64,000 nucleotides of DNA from Nitrospirota bacterium (GTDB taxonomy: Bacteria > Nitrospirota > UBA9217): assembly GCA_963737155.1 (NCBI GenBank), contig CAVTRN010000002.1, forward strand, positions 992,001-1,056,000. Direction: 5' to 3'. The notes beneath the pieces are model-generated. The model was not told the origin of the DNA. It worked only from the letters and a program-made list of their open reading frames with translations, and did no database searches. This document shows positions 20,833 to 31,030 of this stretch, piece after piece. Made by a program: the position numbers and the translations under genes. Numbering within the stretch: position 1 is the first letter of the stretch; every line of letters begins with the position of its first letter.

Positions 20833-21783
20833 ATGGATAGTAGTTTATTGATAGCAGGCTTGACATTTGTTTTGGTCGTACTTCTGATCTCTATTGCGTA
20901 CTTTTACTCGGATCTGTATAAGAAAAAAACAGGCATTAGGGATAGGCTCCGGAAAGAGAGCGAGACTGAAAAGAACGAAGGTGTTGCGAAAGGCCAGGGA
21001 TGGAGAGAATTTTTTCAGAGCACGCTCAGCAGTTTTGGTGAATCCTTTCGACCGAAAAGTGAAGATGATATATCACGGATCAGAAAACGGCTTATGAGGG
21101 CGGGATATTATGGGAATAATGATCCAATAATCTTTTACGGTTCAAAAGTCTTCATGGCCCTTCTTCTATTCGCTCTCTTTGTGATCATAAAATTCACGGT
21201 TTTGAAGGCCCTGACGGCCCAGCAATTCCTGATACTCGTGATTTTTTTAACCGTTGCCGGATTTTTTTCACCCGATCTGTATCTTCACCGGAAAACACAG
21301 GACAGAAAAAGAAATGTTTTCGAAGGAATTCCCGATGCCTTGGATCTTATGGTTATATGCGTTGAGGCCGGCATGGGACTAGATTCGGCCATTAAGAGGG
21401 TGGGAGATGAAATGGTTCTGAAAAACAAGATCCTGAGCGATGAGTTCCGGATGCTGAGTCTTGAACTCCGGGCAGGAATACCGAGGGCTAATGCACTGAG
21501 AAATATCGCCATGAGGACGGACCTGGAAGACGTGTCGAGCCTCGTGACTCTTCTCATCCAGACCGACCGGTTCGGCACCAGGGTGGCGCAGGCTCTGAGG
21601 GTTCATTCCGATTCGATGAGGACCAAGAGGTACGCGAGGGCAGAGGAGATGGCCGCCAAAATGCCTGTTAAGATTCTTTTCCCTCTGGTACTCTTCATCC
21701 TTCCTGCTCTCCTTTTGACTTTACTTGGGCCGGCCTTTATAGCATTTTATCGAGCAATAAAAAATGGAGGGTTTGGATTCTAA
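20833..21783 (+). CDS. tadC: TadC (T2SSF family)
   Basis: PDALDLMVICVEAGMGLD, RAEEMAAKMPVKILFPL. Confidence 0.93.
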   Translation: MDSSLLIAGLTFVLVVLLISIAYFYSDLYKKKTGIRDRLRKESETEKNEGVAKGQGWREFFQSTLSSFGESFRPKSEDDISRIRKRLMRAGYYGNNDPIIFYGSKVFMALLLFALFVIIKFTVLKALTAQQFLILVIFLTVAGFFSPDLYLHRKTQDRKRNVFEGIPDALDLMVICVEAGMGLDSAIKRVGDEMVLKNKILSDEFRMLSLELRAGIPRANALRNIAMRTDLEDVSSLVTLLIQTDRFGTRVAQALRVHSDSMRTKRYARAEEMAAKMPVKILFPLVLFILPALLLTLLGPAFIAFYRAIKNGGFGF

Positions 21784-22721
21784 TGATTGAAAAAACGACA
21801 AAAGGAATCCTTTTCGCTTGCGTGATTGCAGGAGTTTTGCTATCCGGATGTGCAACGAATAATACCGGGGCCCTCTCAAACGCTGGGAAATACGGAAATC
21901 TTGAGGCGCGCAGGCTGTTGACCACTGATGGTAAAAAGGTTGATGATGAGCCCATAAACAACACGGCCGAGGGTTACGAGCGACTCGGAGATATTAACCT
22001 TCAAAAGGGTGATATCACGACTGCCTTCATAAACTACACAAAGGCGCTCAAGTTGGAGCCTGGAAGGATCTCAGCCACTTATAAGACAGGAATGCTCTTT
22101 TTATATAAGGGCATGACGCAGGAAGCCCGGACGGAATTCGAGAAGATATTGAAGAAGGATCCGAAGAACGCTCTCGCTCATGAGGCGATGGGAAGGGTCT
22201 ATCTTCTCGACAGCGACAATGTAAAGGCTATTGAATATTTTGTGAAGGCCCTGAGTATAAATGATCGTCTATGGGAGGGTCATGATCTGCTCGGCATCGC
22301 TTATGATAGGCAGAGAGAATTCAACTTGGCAATTGACCAATACAAAGCGGCGCTTTCCATAAAGCCCGATGCAATCGCCGTTTACAACAACCTTGGAATT
22401 TCATATTACCTGGCGGGAGACTACAAGAAGGCAAAAGACGCATTTATCACCGCGATAAAGAAAGGCGAGGAGGAAAGCAAGGTCTACAACAACCTTGCTC
22501 TGACTCTGGGTAAACTGGGTGAATATCGTCAAGCTCGCGAGGCCTTTGAGAGGGCTGGAAGCGAGGCGACGGCGCTAAATAACCTCGGGTATCTTTATAT
22601 GCTTGACGGGAATAACAATGAAGCGGCTCTTGCCTTTGAAAAGGCCATCGAGTTGAACCCGGTCTTTTATGATAAGGCCAACGATAACTTGAAGAGGGCG
22701 AAAGAAGCCTTGCATGAATGA
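21783..22721 (+). CDS. tadD: TadD-like TPR lipoprotein
   Basis: Lipobox LLSGC, multiple TPRs (YNNLG), last gene of the tad operon. Confidence 0.85.
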   Translation: MIEKTTKGILFACVIAGVLLSGCATNNTGALSNAGKYGNLEARRLLTTDGKKVDDEPINNTAEGYERLGDINLQKGDITTAFINYTKALKLEPGRISATYKTGMLFLYKGMTQEARTEFEKILKKDPKNALAHEAMGRVYLLDSDNVKAIEYFVKALSINDRLWEGHDLLGIAYDRQREFNLAIDQYKAALSIKPDAIAVYNNLGISYYLAGDYKKAKDAFITAIKKGEEESKVYNNLALTLGKLGEYRQAREAFERAGSEATALNNLGYLYMLDGNNNEAALAFEKAIELNPVFYDKANDNLKRAKEALHE

Positions 22722-23114
22722 GAAGAAATGAGTGTGTTGTCTTCCGGATTAATCCGGTCTCATCCAACTCTTTGAACCAGCCCCTTTTACTTTTGTCTGG
22801 CCCCATCAAAGAGGGAGAAAAAGCATTATTATAATACCTGCAATGGGACGTGATGAGCTTGGAGCAAATTAGTATTTGAGGCCTTTTACACAAAAAAAGT
22901 ATAATAAAATTGACGGGCGATTCGCAGCAGTACCTATTGCCGATGATTTGATTATTTATACATTTTATTAATATAATTTATAGCATAATTTGATCTTTCT
23001 CGATTCACGCGCAATACCGTACGGTGAGAAAGTTTGATAATGACATCAACAAGCACATTTATAAACTTGGATAAATCGGAATGATAGAAACTTAATCTAT
23101 CGAGGAGAAAAATT

Positions 23115-25772
23115 ATGAAAACATCGATAAGAATATCTTTGGTTGTTTTAATGTTGGCGGCTACACTGTTTGCCTGCTCCGGTGGCGGGGGGGGCGGTGG
23201 TACGGACCCAAACTCCACATATACCGTAACCTATAACGGCAACAACAGTACCGGCGGCATTGTTCCTTTTGATTCAACTAACTACGCGCAGGGACAAACT
23301 GCCACGGTGCTTGAGAATACAGGCAACCTTGTAAATACAGGATATTCCTTCGTGGGCTGGAACACGCAGGCTAACGGGACCGGTACTACTTATACACCGG
23401 GTCAGACATTCCCGATTGGGACGGCCAATGTTACTCTGTATGCGATGTGGACCACAAACCCCACGTACACTGTAACCTATAACGGTAACGGTAATACCGG
23501 CGGCATAGCACCTGTAGTTGCAACCAATTACGAGCAGGGGCAGACCGTTTCAGTAGTCGGCAATACCGGCAATCTCGTGAATACCAATTATACCTTTGCG
23601 GGTTGGAACACGCTGTCTAACGGAACCGGAACGAATTATACCGCAGGCCAGACATTCCTGATGGGGACAGCAAACGTTATCCTGTACGCAAAATGGACCG
23701 CAAATCCCACATATACCGTAACGTATTATGGAAACGGAAGTACCAGTGGCATAGTCCCAGTTGATTCAACAAATTACGAGGAGGGCCAGACCGTTACGGT
23801 ACTCGGTAATACCGGCAATCTCGTGAATACCAACTATACCTTCGAGGGCTGGAACACGATGTCCAACGGAACCGGAACGACCTATACGCAGGGGCAGACA
23901 TTCACGATGGGGACGGCAAATGTTAACCTGTACGCAATGTGGACCGCAAATACCACATATACCGTCACGTATAACGGCAACGGCAATACCGGTGGCATAG
24001 TCCCCGTTGATTCAACCAATTATGAGGTGGGCCAGACCGTTACGGTACTCGGCAATCCCGGCAACCTCTCGAAGACCAACTATGCCTTCGAGGGCTGGAA
24101 CACTATGTCTAACGGAGCCGGAACGACCTATACGCAAGGGCAGGCTTTCACGATGGGAACGGCAAATGTTACCCTATATGCAACGTGGAATGCTACCCCA
24201 CCATCGCCTACCAATGTGCAGGCCACAGCAGGGAATGCGCAGGTGACCGTGAGCTGGGTGGCCTCAGCTGGTGTGATGTCGTATGATGTCTTCTATTCGA
24301 CGTCTTCTGCTGTATCTACAACAAGTTATGCGGATTTGATCACAACAACAACGACTTCTGCCATTGCTTCAGGGCTGACTAACGGTACGACATATTACTT
24401 TATTGTAACCGCCATTAACGGCACGGTTTCGAGTGCGGCGTCCAGTCCAACAGTATCAGCGACACCGTCGGCACCTGTTTCTTATGCTAACCTATGGACC
24501 TGGATGAGCGGAACCAACACCATAAACCAATTCGGCAACTATGGTACAAAGGGCACGGCTGCCCCAACTAATTTGCCTGGCGCGCGGTATTATGCCTCTT
24601 CCTGGATAGACAGCAGTGGCAACTTCTGGCTTTTCGGCGGCTATGGGTATGATGCGGGGGGATTGTTAAGTACACTCAACGATCTCTGGAAGTTCGATGG
24701 AACGAACTGGACTTGGGTGAGCGGAGCTAACTTCGGAAACAACTCTGGCATCTATGGCTCATTTGCCACGGCTGCCCCAACCAATATGCCGGGCGCGCGC
24801 TATGGTGCTGTTTCCTGGATAGACAGCAGTGGCAACCTCTGGCTTTTTGGCGGCCTTGGTTATGATGCTGGCGGAAACCATGGTCAACTCAACGATCTCT
24901 GGAAGTTCGACGGAACGAACTGGACCTGGGAGAGCGGATACGATGTTTATAATTCAAGTGGTAGTTGTGGAACAGAGGGCACAGCTGCTGGTAATAATAT
25001 TCCGGGTGCGCGCTATGGTGCTGTTTCCTGGATAGACAGCGGTGGCAACCTCTGGCTTCTTGGAGGCAAAGGTTTTGATTGTTATGATGACATTGGGTAT
25101 CTCAATGATCTCTGGAGGTACGACGGAACCGACTGGACGTGGGTGAGCGGGGCCTCCTACATAGGCCAATATGGAGTCTATGGTACAATGGGCACGGCTG
25201 CCGGAACCAATATTCCGGGTGCAAGAGCAGGTGACGTTTCCTGGATAGACAGTAGTGGTAACTTCTGGCTCTTCGGCGGCTATGGGGTAGATTTCGGGGG
25301 CGTGTATGGGGATCTCAACGATCTCTGGAAATTCGACGGCAAGATGTGGACCTGGATGACTGGAACCACCACCACAGACCAGGTAGGCAACTACGGCACG
25401 ATGGGTACGGCTGCCACAACCAATATTCCGGGTGCACGCGATTCAGCCACTACCTGGATAGACAGCAGTGGCAACCTCTGGCTCTTTGGTGGTGAAGGAA
25501 CAGTATATGCCACAGGCGATTTGTTTGGTCTCAGCGATCTCTGGAAGTTTGACGGAACCAACTGGACCTGGGTGAGCGGAGCTGACACCACAAATCAATT
25601 AGGCACTTACGGGAAAAAGGGCACGCCTGCCATAACCAATGTCCCGGGCGCACGTTTTGGTGCCGCTCCCTGGATAGACAGTAGTGGCAATCTCTGGCTC
25701 TTCGGCGGCTATGGCTATGATTACATACACGGACCCGGGCAGCTCAATGATCTCTGGCGGTATGAGCCGTAA
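23115..25772 (+). CDS. Surface lipoprotein: 4 InlB-B/Flg_new repeats + FN3 + 6 Kelch/galactose oxidase-like repeats
   Basis: Lipobox LFAC plus Gly linker; TYTVTYNGN...F.GWNT...LYA.W x4; FN3 (ATAGNAQVTVSW...GLTNGTTYYF); W.DSSGNLWLFGG...LNDLWKFD x6. Confidence 0.85.
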   Translation: MKTSIRISLVVLMLAATLFACSGGGGGGGTDPNSTYTVTYNGNNSTGGIVPFDSTNYAQGQTATVLENTGNLVNTGYSFVGWNTQANGTGTTYTPGQTFPIGTANVTLYAMWTTNPTYTVTYNGNGNTGGIAPVVATNYEQGQTVSVVGNTGNLVNTNYTFAGWNTLSNGTGTNYTAGQTFLMGTANVILYAKWTANPTYTVTYYGNGSTSGIVPVDSTNYEEGQTVTVLGNTGNLVNTNYTFEGWNTMSNGTGTTYTQGQTFTMGTANVNLYAMWTANTTYTVTYNGNGNTGGIVPVDSTNYEVGQTVTVLGNPGNLSKTNYAFEGWNTMSNGAGTTYTQGQAFTMGTANVTLYATWNATPPSPTNVQATAGNAQVTVSWVASAGVMSYDVFYSTSSAVSTTSYADLITTTTTSAIASGLTNGTTYYFIVTAINGTVSSAASSPTVSATPSAPVSYANLWTWMSGTNTINQFGNYGTKGTAAPTNLPGARYYASSWIDSSGNFWLFGGYGYDAGGLLSTLNDLWKFDGTNWTWVSGANFGNNSGIYGSFATAAPTNMPGARYGAVSWIDSSGNLWLFGGLGYDAGGNHGQLNDLWKFDGTNWTWESGYDVYNSSGSCGTEGTAAGNNIPGARYGAVSWIDSGGNLWLLGGKGFDCYDDIGYLNDLWRYDGTDWTWVSGASYIGQYGVYGTMGTAAGTNIPGARAGDVSWIDSSGNFWLFGGYGVDFGGVYGDLNDLWKFDGKMWTWMTGTTTTDQVGNYGTMGTAATTNIPGARDSATTWIDSSGNLWLFGGEGTVYATGDLFGLSDLWKFDGTNWTWVSGADTTNQLGTYGKKGTPAITNVPGARFGAAPWIDSSGNLWLFGGYGYDYIHGPGQLNDLWRYEP
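23217..24200 (+). repeat. Four tandem 246-nt coding repeats
   Basis: Units start at 23217, 23463, 23709, 23955. Confidence 0.9.
24495..25769 (+). repeat. Six tandem ~213-nt Kelch-like coding repeats
   Basis: WTW codons at 24495, 24708, 24921, 25134, 25347, 25563. Confidence 0.9.
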
Positions 25773-26110
25773 GAATCGTTGAATATGCTTAAACCCAACA
25801 TGCTCTGAAGAATCAAGAGAGGATTATTTACATACAACAATGCATCGTGATGGGCGGGTGAAAGCATCATCGGTTGTGGTAAAGCTAAGAACGCAACCGA
25901 TGATTTCACATGACCGATGTCGTGAGCATGAGTTTGGACGGCAGCTCCTAAATGGGCGATAGCAATGCATTTTAAGGTTAATAATGTTCATCAGGCGTGA
26001 AGCGATTGACCCCCCAGGTCTGGAACTCTGGTAAATGATGTCGGAGCCGGAATTGTGGTAAAAAGTTCGCAATCAACTTGGTTGTGGCCGCGAGTCCTAA
26101 TGAGGTCAAG

Positions 26111-26350
26111 AACAGGGGACCGATCACACAGTTAGATTATGCGGTCATAAATGATCCGGTGAATCTGGGCTTGCGCTTTGAATGCATGAACAAGGAATAT
26201 AACTCACCTGTAAGGATGTGAAGACCAAATTCATCTTCAGACAATTGGACTGCATCAGGGTGAAAGATAAAAAGACATAAATCAATATGTATGATCTTAT
26301 GGAGCATGCTGATGCCAAACTCTATCTCCTGGAGGCAGGTATCTTCAAGG
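26111..26350 (+). pseudogene. Class III adenylate/guanylate cyclase C-terminal remnant
   Basis: NRGPITQLDYAVINDPVNLGLRFECMNKEY, then frameshift to FIFRQLDCIRVKDK*INMYDLM, resembling the GS..R.DYTVIGD.VN..SRLE...VKGK motif. Confidence 0.55.
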
Positions 26351-26438
26351 TGTATCAGAAGCTTGTTTTGCACGTAACTTGTACAAATCAGAGATGAACT
26401 TCAGATGCATGCTCTAATGGAGTTCAATTCATTAAATA

Positions 26439-27104
26439 ATGAATACGTTTGATCCATTTGCCTGGCTCGAGCAGATCGTACCTGCACAGTGGCTGCACCG
26501 GTTTATCCGCGCGGGAGCAATGGCCATCATGCTGTGGTTCATGGTCGCGCGAATCCGGCATTACGACGCTTTCGCATTCAAACCTCTGTGGCTAGCAGAA
26601 ACGGTGCTCTACGCTATTCTGGCGCTTGCATTCATGGTGCGCAGTGATCCTGTTGACCGGTCTCACGGAGCCGTTGAAATTATCATACCCTTTTTCGGGG
26701 CTGTGCTTCCCTTTGGTCTTCTTTTAACACAGCCCAACATATGGGTCATTGAGCATACGGTAATGCTGAGAGCGGTTTTTTTGTGGATGACGATCTTCAC
26801 TGCGTTCATAGCCTGGGGCATGTGGTTTTTGCGCCGCTCCTTCAGCATCACGGTAGAGGCGCGCGTACTGGTGACCGGGGGACCCTATCACTGGGTTAGG
26901 CATCCGTTATATCTGGGAGAAATCCTTGCTTCTGCTGCGGTCGTGGTGTGGCGTTGGTCAACTCTGAACGTCGGCATGTTCATTTTATTCGTGATAATAC
27001 AGTTATTTCGCTCACGCAGGGAAGAGATGAAGCTCTCCAAAACATTTTCGGCATATAGAGACCTGTTGAGCCGAAGCTGGTGGTTTTGGAGGATGCCATC
27101 GTAG
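26439..27104 (+). CDS. ICMT/PEMT-family integral membrane methyltransferase
   Basis: SFSI.VEAR.LVTGGPY.WVRHPLYLGE...R...EE..L...F..Y; multiple TM segments. Confidence 0.85.
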   Translation: MNTFDPFAWLEQIVPAQWLHRFIRAGAMAIMLWFMVARIRHYDAFAFKPLWLAETVLYAILALAFMVRSDPVDRSHGAVEIIIPFFGAVLPFGLLLTQPNIWVIEHTVMLRAVFLWMTIFTAFIAWGMWFLRRSFSITVEARVLVTGGPYHWVRHPLYLGEILASAAVVVWRWSTLNVGMFILFVIIQLFRSRREEMKLSKTFSAYRDLLSRSWWFWRMPS

Positions 27105-27496
27105 GTTGTAGTTCGGGCCACCTGACCGAGAAAAGCCCAATCGAAACTTATAAAGGATGTTACGCCTAATAAAAGACGCGGTTGAACGGTTTATCGTTTT
27201 GTAAGTATAGTCTGCTTTCTTCGCGACGGTAGCTCTTTCTTAGTGGTTACTTTTACTCCTGTGCTGGGGAGTATGTCCGCTAAACGGACCCCGGCTACGC
27301 CCAACAATTTTCCACTCGATACCCGGTTCCGGTATCCGATTGTAGCGGACCGATCCATTCACGCAGGCCTCTACGGCACCTAACGCCAAAAGCTCATCGA
27401 GCTCTTCTTGCACCGTTACGTCCAATATGATGAATGAATAAACCTATAAACGGCAGTTGGGCCTTGCAAATCTGAGTTAACTATTGGATACTATGA

Positions 27497-29445
27497 CCCA
27501 TCTTCTACAGTTGTAGCCGAGAAAAGGGCTATTTGCGTGAGTGAAGTTGTTTGATTTCGCAGAGTTACAAAAAGTTTTTTGGAAAAAGATCAAAATGTAG
27601 TGCCACGTTTATATATAGATTGCTTGCAATTAATAATTATTATGATATATTTATGGTGCTATGTTCTTCCGGGTAAAACGCTCCGAATCGCGAGCATATC
27701 TCCAGATCGTTAATAACCGCCGCGACAAGGGCAAGGTAAAGCAGGAAGTCGTCGCCACGCTTGGACGACTCGATGCGCTCAAGGAAACAGGGGCATTGGA
27801 CAGCCTGCTGCGGTCAGGGCTCAAGTTCTCTGAACAGATCGCTGTTATCGACGCGCATAAGCAGGGCGAAGCAATTGAGACGGATTCCAGGCGTATCGGC
27901 CTTCCGATGATATTCGGCCGGTTATGGAAAGAGCTGGGAATACAGGCGGTGCTTGCGACATTGGCCAAGGAGCGCAAGCATCAATTTTCCATCGAGCGGG
28001 CGATTTATCTTACGGTGCTGCACCGCTTGAGCGTATCGGGTTCAGATCGTGCCGCTGAACAATGGTGCCTTGGCTACAGGATAGAAGGGGCCGACGGAAT
28101 CGATTTACATCATTTATACCGGGCTATGGCATGGCTCGGCGAACCCCTTGCCGATGCTGATCAGCACGGGGCCACCGGATTTTCTCCCCGCTGCACCAAG
28201 GATGTGATTGAGGAAGAGCTGTTCCGACGCAGACGGGATTTATTCACCGATCTACGGCTGGTCTTTTTCGACACCACGAGCATTTACTTTGAAGGAGAAG
28301 GCGGCGAGGATATCGGTGCATATGGCCATTCCAAGGACCACCGGCCCGATCTCAAACAGATGGTGGTCGGTGCAATCATCGATCATCACGGCAAGCCCCT
28401 TTGCTGTGAGTTATGGCCCGGCAACACAACCGATGTCAAGACGCTCGTGCCGATTATAGACCGGCTGAGGCTCCGCTTCGGCATCAATCAGGCGTGTGTA
28501 GTGGCCGACCGAGGGATGATCAGCGAAAAGACTCTGGCCGATTTGCAGGAGCGGAAGATCGATTACATTCTGGGCGCGCGGATGCGGCGGCAAAAGGAAG
28601 TGAGCGAAGAGGTTTTAAGCCGCGGGGGTAAATACGAAGAGGTATACCCCAAAAGCAAGGAGAGTAAGGCCCCTTCCCCGCTCAAGGTGAAGAACGTCAT
28701 GGTAGGCGAGCGCCGCTACATCGTGTGTGTCAATGAGGACCAGCGGAAAGAAGACGCCGCTGATAGAGAAGCCATCATCGCATCCCTTCGAGAGAAGCTG
28801 AAGCAGGGAGGCAAGAGCCTGGTTGGCAACAAAGGGTATCGTAAATATGTGAAGAGCGCAGGCAGTGCTTTTGCCATTGATGAAGAGAAAATTCAACAGG
28901 AATCACGATATGACGGTAAGTGGGTCCTCTCGACCTCGATGCCCATGCTTGCGCGCGAGGTTGCTCTCGCGTACAAGGAGCTGTGGATGGTGGAGCAGAT
29001 CTTCAGGAGCACTAAAACGGTGCTGACGACGCGGCCGATTTATCATAAATGCGATGAGACGATTCGCGGTCACGTCTTCTGCAGCTTTCTTGCGCTTGTT
29101 CTTATGAAGGAATTACAGGAGCGATTGGATAGCCGCAATGAGGAGAAGCTTGAGTGGGGCCAGATGCTCCGAGATCTTGAGGAATTGAAGCAGATCACAA
29201 TTACAAGCGACAACAAGGAAATGATTTTACGGACCGAATTAAAAGGCGATACGGGAAAGGTGTTTCAGGCTGCGGGAGTGGCGATTCCGCCAAAGGTCTT
29301 GATACCGCAGAAGGGAAAGGATGCATGACGCTCATCAGCATGATCGAATTGGAACGAGAGGGGAAAGTGTAGTGCCACGCCACCTTTCGACAGCCGTATC
29401 ATATTGTTTAAGCGAAGTTATTTTTTGGCAGGTGTAGAAGATGGG
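27497..29445 (+). mobile_element. IS1634-family insertion sequence (1949 bp)
   Basis: Perfect 13-bp TIR CCCATCTTCTACA / TGTAGAAGATGGG; TATGA target duplication at 27492-27496 and 29446-29450. Confidence 0.9.
27661..29328 (+). CDS. IS1634-family DDE transposase
   Basis: FFDTTSIYFEG, GHSKDHRPDLKQ, VADRGM, YKELWMVEQIFR..K...RPIYH...IRGHVFCSFLAL. Confidence 0.92.
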   Translation: MFFRVKRSESRAYLQIVNNRRDKGKVKQEVVATLGRLDALKETGALDSLLRSGLKFSEQIAVIDAHKQGEAIETDSRRIGLPMIFGRLWKELGIQAVLATLAKERKHQFSIERAIYLTVLHRLSVSGSDRAAEQWCLGYRIEGADGIDLHHLYRAMAWLGEPLADADQHGATGFSPRCTKDVIEEELFRRRRDLFTDLRLVFFDTTSIYFEGEGGEDIGAYGHSKDHRPDLKQMVVGAIIDHHGKPLCCELWPGNTTDVKTLVPIIDRLRLRFGINQACVVADRGMISEKTLADLQERKIDYILGARMRRQKEVSEEVLSRGGKYEEVYPKSKESKAPSPLKVKNVMVGERRYIVCVNEDQRKEDAADREAIIASLREKLKQGGKSLVGNKGYRKYVKSAGSAFAIDEEKIQQESRYDGKWVLSTSMPMLAREVALAYKELWMVEQIFRSTKTVLTTRPIYHKCDETIRGHVFCSFLALVLMKELQERLDSRNEEKLEWGQMLRDLEELKQITITSDNKEMILRTELKGDTGKVFQAAGVAIPPKVLIPQKGKDA

Positions 29446-29479
29446 TATGATACTTCTTTCAACAAGGAGGTCTCACCCA

Positions 29480-30997
29480 ATGGGTGACTCGATTTCATCT
29501 CCACCTACAGATAAAACAGATAGAATTGCAGTCGATACCTTTGCAGGAAAAGTGCATGTTGAATGGGATTCAACAGCAGCCGTTACACCAATGGGCCAGC
29601 TGGCGTTCTTCATCGATTTTTTGAAGACGGGTGGAATCTACGAACCATGGGTAGCAGACTGTCTACTGCACTACACGAGTCCTAACGCACCCGAGAAGCG
29701 CGATCTTCTCGGTACAGTCCTGTTGTCCGTTCTAGCCGGTCACCATCGTTATTCCCACATGACGAGCGTTCGAAGCGATAATGTCAACCCGGCACTACTC
29801 GGCATGACGAAGGTCGTGAGCGAAGACACCGTACGGCGGGGATTTAAGCAGATGGATGAGCATGCCGGCATCTCATGGCTTACTGAGCACATGAGGCGAT
29901 GTTATGAATCCCTCCTGTGCATGCCATGGATTATGGACGGAGATACGACAGTCAAACCGTTGTACGGAAAACAAGAGGGCGCGGTCATTGGTTACAACCC
30001 GCATAAGCCCGGCAGGCCGTCTCACACCTATCACAGTTACCTGATGGCCAATACCCGGCTTGTTTTGGATGTTGAGGTGCAGGCCGGAAACAAAACAGCA
30101 ACGTGTTACAGCACCCCGGGGTTATGGCAGCTTCTGGAACGACTCCCGCGTCGCTTTTGGCCTGCCTTTTTCCGGGGGGATTCAGGCTGGGGCACGGACG
30201 GCTTCATGAGTCAGGCAGAAGAAAAAGAATTGCCCTATCTCGTGAAGCTACGCCTCACGAAGAACGTGCGGAGGCTTATTGAGAAGGCATTCTATAGTAA
30301 CGATTGGGTAGATGCCGGACAGGGCTGGGAGGGTGTGGAAGAATCCCTTCAACTCATGGGATGGCAGAAATCTCGTCGCGTTATTATCCTTCGACGAGTG
30401 CTCACGGGAGACGTAGCAATAAGCCTGCAGCAGAAGGATCAGATGGAACTTGGGTTTGTGGAAGCGCCCGGAGTTGCCAAGCGATATGAGTATGCAGTAC
30501 TAGCCACCACCCTCAAAGACGAGATTCTCACAATCGCCCAACACTACCGTGATCGTGCGGATGCAGAGAATATTTTTGACGAGTTGAAGAATCAGTGGGG
30601 CTGGGGCGGATATACGACCCGGGACCTTAAGCGCTGCGGCTTCATGGCGCGGACCGTAGCATTAGTTTACAACTGGTGGTCGCTCTTCGTGAGGCTTGCT
30701 CATCCGGACAAACACTTGGAGGCAATTACGAGTCGTCCGCTTCTTCTGCATGCGGTTGGCAAACAAACACGCCATCAAGGGCAGACCATGATGACCATCA
30801 CGAGTGCGCACGCAAGCTCTGGAAAAGTTCAGCGCATTCTCGATGAGATATCCCGCTTTCTAGCAATCCTGAAAACAACTGCGGAGCAGTTGACTCCAGG
30901 TGAACGGTGGCGACGTATCTTGAGCCGTGCATTTTTCAAACTACTGGGTGGAAAACCGTTGCAGGCGCCTGAACTTCTGCCGTTATGGTGTGGATAA
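29480..30997 (+). CDS. IS1380-family DDE transposase
   Basis: MDGDTTVKPLYGKQEGA..GYNP, RGDSGWG, YRDRADAENIFDELKNQWG; AAGGAGG RBS before ATG 29480. Confidence 0.85.
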   Translation: MGDSISSPPTDKTDRIAVDTFAGKVHVEWDSTAAVTPMGQLAFFIDFLKTGGIYEPWVADCLLHYTSPNAPEKRDLLGTVLLSVLAGHHRYSHMTSVRSDNVNPALLGMTKVVSEDTVRRGFKQMDEHAGISWLTEHMRRCYESLLCMPWIMDGDTTVKPLYGKQEGAVIGYNPHKPGRPSHTYHSYLMANTRLVLDVEVQAGNKTATCYSTPGLWQLLERLPRRFWPAFFRGDSGWGTDGFMSQAEEKELPYLVKLRLTKNVRRLIEKAFYSNDWVDAGQGWEGVEESLQLMGWQKSRRVIILRRVLTGDVAISLQQKDQMELGFVEAPGVAKRYEYAVLATTLKDEILTIAQHYRDRADAENIFDELKNQWGWGGYTTRDLKRCGFMARTVALVYNWWSLFVRLAHPDKHLEAITSRPLLLHAVGKQTRHQGQTMMTITSAHASSGKVQRILDEISRFLAILKTTAEQLTPGERWRRILSRAFFKLLGGKPLQAPELLPLWCG

Positions 30998-31030
30998 GTG
31001 GCTCTGATTAAGGGTAGCTGCTCTTTTTAG

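Noticed and set aside
23217-24200. Regular repeats as a CRISPR array
   Set aside because: They are 246-nt in-frame coding repeats with no short repeat/unique spacer structure; no cas genes in the window
24495-25769. Variable Kelch-like repeats as a diversity-generating retroelement target
   Set aside because: No non-coding template repeat or intact RT nearby; differences are not confined to adenines; the only RT in the window is a decayed group II intron fragment
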